From Blepharisma stoltei ATCC 30299 (taxonomy: Eukaryota > Protista > Ciliophora), in assembly GCA_965603825.1 (NCBI GenBank), contig CBFDEM010000057.1, forward strand, positions 186,001 to 250,000: 64,000 nt of DNA. Reading direction: 5' to 3'. Positions 58,702 through 64,000 of the stretch are shown piece after piece. Made by a program: the position numbers and the translations under genes. Every line of letters begins with the position of its first letter. The first letter of the stretch is position 1. The notes beneath the pieces are model-generated. The model had not been told where the DNA came from, did no database searches, and saw only the letters and a program-made list of their open reading frames with translations.

Positions 58702-59295
58702 ATGGAAAATAATCATAACTCTAGAGCAGATTACCATTTATCTCAAAATCAAGAAGAAGCTAATTCTAGTGCTCAAAATAATCAAAACTCGCCTAATGAT
58801 CCTGAAGCATCTAATGCTAATGATCAAGAAGAAAAAGATCAGAATGAAAATGAATCAAATGAGCCGCAGCATGTGAATAATAATAAATTTGACATCAATG
58901 AACTTAAAAAGAACCCAGAGCTTTATCAAAAAATTTTAAATGATGCTATAACGCTTCAAAAGGAAAAAATAAAGCCAACATCTTATATGTTTCATTTTCG
59001 CATTCATTATAAAACATTATTTGGAGAAAGGATAGTTATAGTAGGAAGCGAAGAATTTCTAGGTAACTGAGATCCTTATAAAGGACTGGAATTAGAATGG
59101 TCAGCTGGAAATTATTGAAATGTGTCAATACCTATTGGTGAAGGAGAAATTTCATCAATCGATTATAAATATGTATGCATCAAAAGAAATCAATTAGTAT
59201 GGGAAGGTGGACCAAATCGAGTGCTCAGAGTTGAAGATGGGGAGAAAAAAGGCTCAATTCTGGTCTTTAATAGAGAGGACTATTGACAAAGATAA
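58702..59295 (+). CDS. CBM20 starch/glycogen-binding domain protein with Asn/Gln-rich N-terminus, 197 aa
   Basis: F.I.Y.T.FGE.I.IVGS...LGN-W(TGA)-D, W..GN.-W(TGA), YKY, WEGGPNR, terminal D.-W(TGA). Confidence 0.9.
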
Positions 59296-59854
59296 TTTAA
59301 TAAAATATTAATTATTCCGAGAAATCTAATATTATCTATTTGGTAAAACAGTGCTACACTTTCAATAGGTAAGTCCCTTATATTTGAATTAGGTAACTTA
59401 ATTCTGGTATGCAAAAGAGCTTGATTTGAAAATTGGCTTTTCCAATTGGCAAGATTTCTAATTTCAATATTTTTAATCACGAGAGAAGGCTTGTAAGAAA
59501 GTGATTGTAGCTAATAGCTACCTTATAAATTCTTAAATATACCATTTTGCAAAGTTATTTCATAAATTATGCTGGCATATTAATTTAAAAACTGTCTATA
59601 AACCAACTCTTAATTCTTTTGTCAAGAATCTGGGAATTTATTCTGCAAAGCTCATTTAATTGAAAATTTTTCTATCGATGATGAAATTAATCCCAAAATC
59701 CAGCCCATTTATAAAAAGCCAAGTCTTGAAGCAAAGCAAGAGCTTATAAGGTGTTTTAAAAGAAGATTGAGGAACCCGAAAAAGTATTTTGAAAAAATAA
59801 GGCATTTAAGCAAGAACTTAAAACAAAGCTAAAGGATTTAAGTGAGGTAATAGA

Positions 59855-59928
59855 CTATTACTGAGGTTTCTGCAAAAGAAGGATGCAATATTGAGAAGTC
59901 GTTTGCTGAACTCATTAAATTGCTATAA
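59855..59928 (+). pseudogene. small GTPase (Rab/Ras) C-terminal remnant
   Basis: EVSAKEGCNIEKSFAELIKLL* matches the G5 SAK motif and following helix; no upstream G1-G4 motifs or start found. Confidence 0.5.
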
Positions 59929-59954
59929 ATTATTAATATGTTTTACATCAAAAT

Positions 59955-62558
59955 TTATATGGCCATAGTTTTTACTCGGACACTTCTTCTATAAAACAGA
60001 ACCAGAGCTTTTTGAGCTTCTTCATTCATCATTAAAGGCACAAGCAGTGCTTGCTCTTCAGGAAGAATAATCTTCAATAGAGATTTTACGATTCTAAATA
60101 ACATTTACATATCAGAGTCAATATCTTCAGGTACTGCTAAACATATGGCGATATCTGCAACTTGATCAAGTATCAGATCAGAATTTATTACCATTTCATC
60201 TGGGTTTAAATTTGTCTCCTTTATAAACTTATCTCTAGTCTCTCTCGCAACACTAATTTCTGCTCTCAGCATAGAAATAGTTCTTTCTTTTTTCTGCCCA
60301 GTAAGTGTTTTAGGACTCATATATCCTGGAACAAGCTTGTTGAGTCTTTCATCACAGTCCATGACATTTGGAAGAACTCAGTTTCTTATAAAATCTCCTT
60401 TAGGATTCATCAAGGCTATAAAATCTTTATCTGGGATTACCATTTTTAGATGCTTGCATATGAACCATTTCCACATTTCAGCCCTTGATCGATACAGCTG
60501 CTGCCTTAAGTCAAGAATTTCTTCAGAAATAAATTTACTTGAAATGCTGTCACTTGTATTTGGGCCAATTTTTATAATTTTTACACTGCTGCTAATAGAA
60601 GATGCTCTTTTTAATTCTGGCTCTTTAGGTGAATCAGATAAAAACTTAGATCCAGAAGCGTCTGGTTCAATAATTTTTGTGATTTCTCCTGAACTGCTCT
60701 TTGGAATACGTTTATGTTTTGATTTTGAAGACTCAATGATTTCGGTAAGGATTTTTTTGTATAGGTACGAACTTCTATATCTGCTTAATAGCACACTGAT
60801 ACTTTTTTTGCCACCTTTAAGCTGCTCCTGGATTATACACTTAAGAAACAGCTTTTTTGCTCTATATCTTCTAAATGCCTTCTGCCACAAAACGACAGCT
60901 TTAAGTTGTTTCTTCAGCTCCCTTCTAACTCTAACGCCTCTAACAAACGCTTGCAATCTTTTTGCAACAGCATCATAGTCGACATGCTTTTTTTGGCTGT
61001 TTTTATTTGTGATTTCTTTTCGGTTTCAAGCTGAGACATTTTTTAAGCTTTCTGAGTTTAAATCTACTTTTTTGTTTCAAACGTATCTTGATGAAGGCGA
61101 AGTCGCTATCGAAGGCTTAGCTTGGGCTTCTTCACATGATAAAAATCCAAGCTTAATCATGTCACTTTTGAACTCTGCATGGTTTATCGGATGAGAAGTA
61201 TTTATAAGCTGCCTTCTATGGTTTACAACATATTTCTCTCCATATTGTTTTCTTACGAGAGCTTTATAATAGGTAAGAGTCCTTTGAAAATCGATTTGTC
61301 GCTTTCTTAGTTCTTGTCTTTTCTGCTCAGCTTCATCTAAAAGTGTTTTGCTTAATTGAGTGTTTGCTCTTTGGCTTGCAATTTTAGCTGATAAATAAGC
61401 ATATCTCTGTTGGTTTAAATGTTTAACGTCAAGTTGGCATTTATTTATGATATGCTCAGCTAATTTGATTTTTGCATTATCAAACTGTTCTTTATTTGTT
61501 TCGAACTGGTCCACCAAATCTTTCCCAGCCAAGTAGTCTTTAAACTCTTTTCGTTTCCACATTATTTCATTGGTTTTCTGTGTTTTTATAAATGGAGTTT
61601 TATCAGGTTCTCCATTAGAATTTACTTTTGAGTCCCTTCTTTTAATGTTTGAAATGGACTGTTTTTTCTTTTTTGAAAAAACATCGTCTTTTTCTTGCTT
61701 ATAAAATGACTCCTGATGATAATCTATGTCAACTTCCCATGGAGATCGCTTATCATGGTTTCATTCTTGGTTATGGACAGTCCTTAAGTCAGGCAAGTGC
61801 TTTTCCAGCTCTTTAAACAGCCTAGTTTTAGCCATTGAATTAAAAGAATGTGTCTTTCTTAGCAAGGTTTTAAATGCATTTTCATGCTCTTCTGATCACA
61901 ATACTTCTCCGTGTAAAAGATTGTCAATTTCTTTTTTTTGCTGAACTGCTGTATAATTCGGCTCATTTACGATCCTATAAAGTTCTCCTGGGTTTTCTTT
62001 CATCATCTTATATAGTCTTTGCCGAAGTGATATATTTTCAGTGTCGTTTCTGCCTGATGATGAATGTGTATTTTTGAAAAAATCAATAAAGTCTTTAACT
62101 GTCTCGCTAACATTATCTAAAGATAAGGATGAAGCTGTTCTTCTGTGTCCAATTAAGGAAAAGTTTCTTGTGCTTTGTCGAGAGTGAAAATAAGGTTTTG
62201 GGATTTCAGACGATAGTTTTATTATATCTTTGCCTGGAGATTTTGGAATTTTTCTTGATTTTTTTTTGGTTTTTAGTTTAGGAGCTGGATAAAAGCTGAT
62301 ATTTTGTGAGGTGTTAGGAATTGCAGTACTTTTTGGAGAAGTAAGAGTAGTGGCTGAATCGTTGATGGAGGAAATTTCGTTGAGGTATTTTTTAAGCATG
62401 CGGGGAGATAATTTTGGAGAGTTTTTTTTTGAGTGGGAAATTGATGTTTCTATACTGAGAGGAGATAATGGACCACTTGGAGAAATTTCTAAGCTGGGCA
62501 TCGAAGCTGCTCGGTTATGTGTATTTTTTGGAGTATTGAACAATTGGCTATATGACAT
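59955..62558 (-). CDS. IQ-motif-containing protein, 862 aa, two exons
   Basis: Four listed ORFs in one frame via TGA read-through; IQ-like LQAFVRGVRVRR and WQKAFRRYRAKK; intron 60094-60108. Confidence 0.82.
60094..60108 (-). other. 15-nt intron GTAAATGTTATTTAG
   Basis: Contains an in-frame TAA; the frame continues to TAA 59957-59955 after removal. Confidence 0.88.
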
Positions 62559-63046
62559 ATTAAAATAAATATATATTTTGAGATATTAAGAAAATCTTTA
62601 TTTAATAGATGAAATAAGTTTGGCGATCATAAACAAACTAAGAACTTATCTTGCTTGGAAAGTCATTTTTTTACATTAATATTTTGTGTAAGTATTGCTA
62701 TTATTTACACAAAGGATTAAAAGTAGATAATTTTAATGCTTTCAATCAAAGCTAATGATTTCATATACTTTAAATTTTCAGGCCTTTAAGATTTATATTC
62801 TATAAATGCAATTTTATGCTTGGTTGGAGTTTATAATGCTAAAATTGCTTAAATTACTTGTGCCTTCTATGAGGTTATCTCTTAAAAGAATGATTGGAGG
62901 TCAAAAGATTCCCTGAAAGGCATACATTTTTTAGATTTTAATTCAAAATATATGTACATGTGCAAAACTATAAATAATACTGCTAATAGCAATAAAATTA
63001 TTAAAATACATATAACAAAATAAATTATAAAGAAAATTTGATATAA

Positions 63047-64000
63047 ATGGGAAGGAACAAAAATCGTCACTCTAAAGACAAAATGTATGTAACAGTAACA
63101 GAGCATCAGCAAGACTGAGGAGGCAAGAAAGCTCATGCTCCAAAATCTAACTTCATTCGTCTACCTTTTTATTGCTGCGCACTTAGTCTAACTCCATTCT
63201 CCAATCCATACTGCACTAAGGAAGGCATCATATTTGATTTAATTCACATTATTCCTTACCTCAAAAAATACAAACGAAATCCAGCAACAGGTGAAACTCT
63301 CCACATGAGAGAATTGATAAAATTGAATTTTTCTCAAAATTCTGAAGGAAAATATCATTGCCCTGTCACTTACAAAGTTTTCAATGAAAATTCTTATATA
63401 GTTGCTATCAAAAAAACTGGAAACGTCTACAGTAATGAAGCTATAGATTCCTTGTGTAGAAAACAAAATAATTGGAAAGATCTATTAACAGATGAAGAAT
63501 TTTCCCCAAATGATATCATTATACTGCAAGATCCATTAAGACCAAAAGATGTTTCATCGCTTTTTCATATGAAGAATCCAAACCCTCCTGAAGCCAATCA
63601 CAAGTCAAAAGAAGTAAAATCTAGCCAAGGAGAAGGACCAAAACATGAGCGGTTTACAACTGGCATGACAGCAGCTTCATTTACGTCTACTTCTTTTGAC
63701 CCACATACAGAAAACGAGCTCAGAGGACTGACAGAAAATGAAATCAGACAAGAATATTATAGAGAGGTCATAAGAAATAAACTTCAAGGGGAAGCTACTT
63801 TAATCACTACTCATGGCCTACTAAAATTCAGGCTTTTTTGTGATCAAACCCCGATGACTTGTGAGAATTTTCTGACTCTTTGTGAAGAAGGCTATTATAA
63901 TGATACTCCATTCCACAGAAGCATCCCAGGATTTGTGCTGCAAGGAGGAGATCCAAGTGGTACAGGCACAGGTGGGAAAAATATTTTTGGAATCCCTTAT
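63047..64000 (+). CDS. PPIL2: PPIL2/Cyp60 U-box cyclophilin (3' end off window; missing from the ORF track)
   Basis: MGRNKNRHSKDKMY.T..E....W(TGA)GG, RLPF.CC.LSL.PF..P.C, YHCPVTYKVF, then cyclophilin P.TCENF..LC..GYY....FHRSI.GF..QGGDP.GTG.GG. Confidence 0.93.

Noticed and set aside
60337-60978. Long antisense ORFs (also 46662-47138, 57462-57827, 57649-58080, 62882-63136, 63239-63466, 21509-21850, 2603-2875)
   Set aside because: They are shadows of well-supported genes on the opposite strand and have no recognisable motifs.
1-64000. Mycoplasma, mitochondrial or phage origin (code 4); CRISPR, prokaryotic defence systems, operons
   Set aside because: Genes are eukaryotic nuclear (Sm protein, PP2A, ciliary proteins) with spliceosomal introns; no repeat-spacer array or prokaryotic signals seen.

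Overview
Gene-dense, AT-rich eukaryotic nuclear DNA from a heterotrich ciliate, most likely the macronuclear genome of a Blepharisma species (inferred, not searched). Two sequence-wide properties support this. (1) TGA is a sense codon for Trp: it falls in frame at conserved Trp positions of the NEK, WNK, CDPK, CBM20, TMEM107 and PPIL2 genes, and every intact gene ends in TAA or TAG. (2) Spliceosomal introns are tiny (15 nt, GTA.....TA...AG). The supplied ORF track uses the standard code, so it fragments many genes. Re-read with TGA=Trp, the window holds about 40 protein genes: kinases, PDI, a DENND4-like GEF, RPL23, PP2Ac x2, FOP/CEP43-like, ciliary EF-hand proteins, a 3101-aa IP3R-like channel, PGDH, SmE, TMEM107, VDAC, GST, PPIL2 and others. 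It also holds several pseudogene remnants and three unexplained GC-richer islands that may be ncRNAs. No tRNA, rRNA, CRISPR, transposon or telomere array was recognised. Most notable findings: a 1.86-kb tandem duplication that produced a PP2A paralogue altered at toxin-contact residues plus a dead FOP-RPL23 chimera; an IP3R-like channel with a GGGIGF filter and a degenerate IP3-binding core; a Met/Cys-rich GST with an altered G-site; a gene that seems to need a non-canonical 16-nt intron; a pseudo-otubain/RING-like protein; and a pair of novel acylated microproteins.
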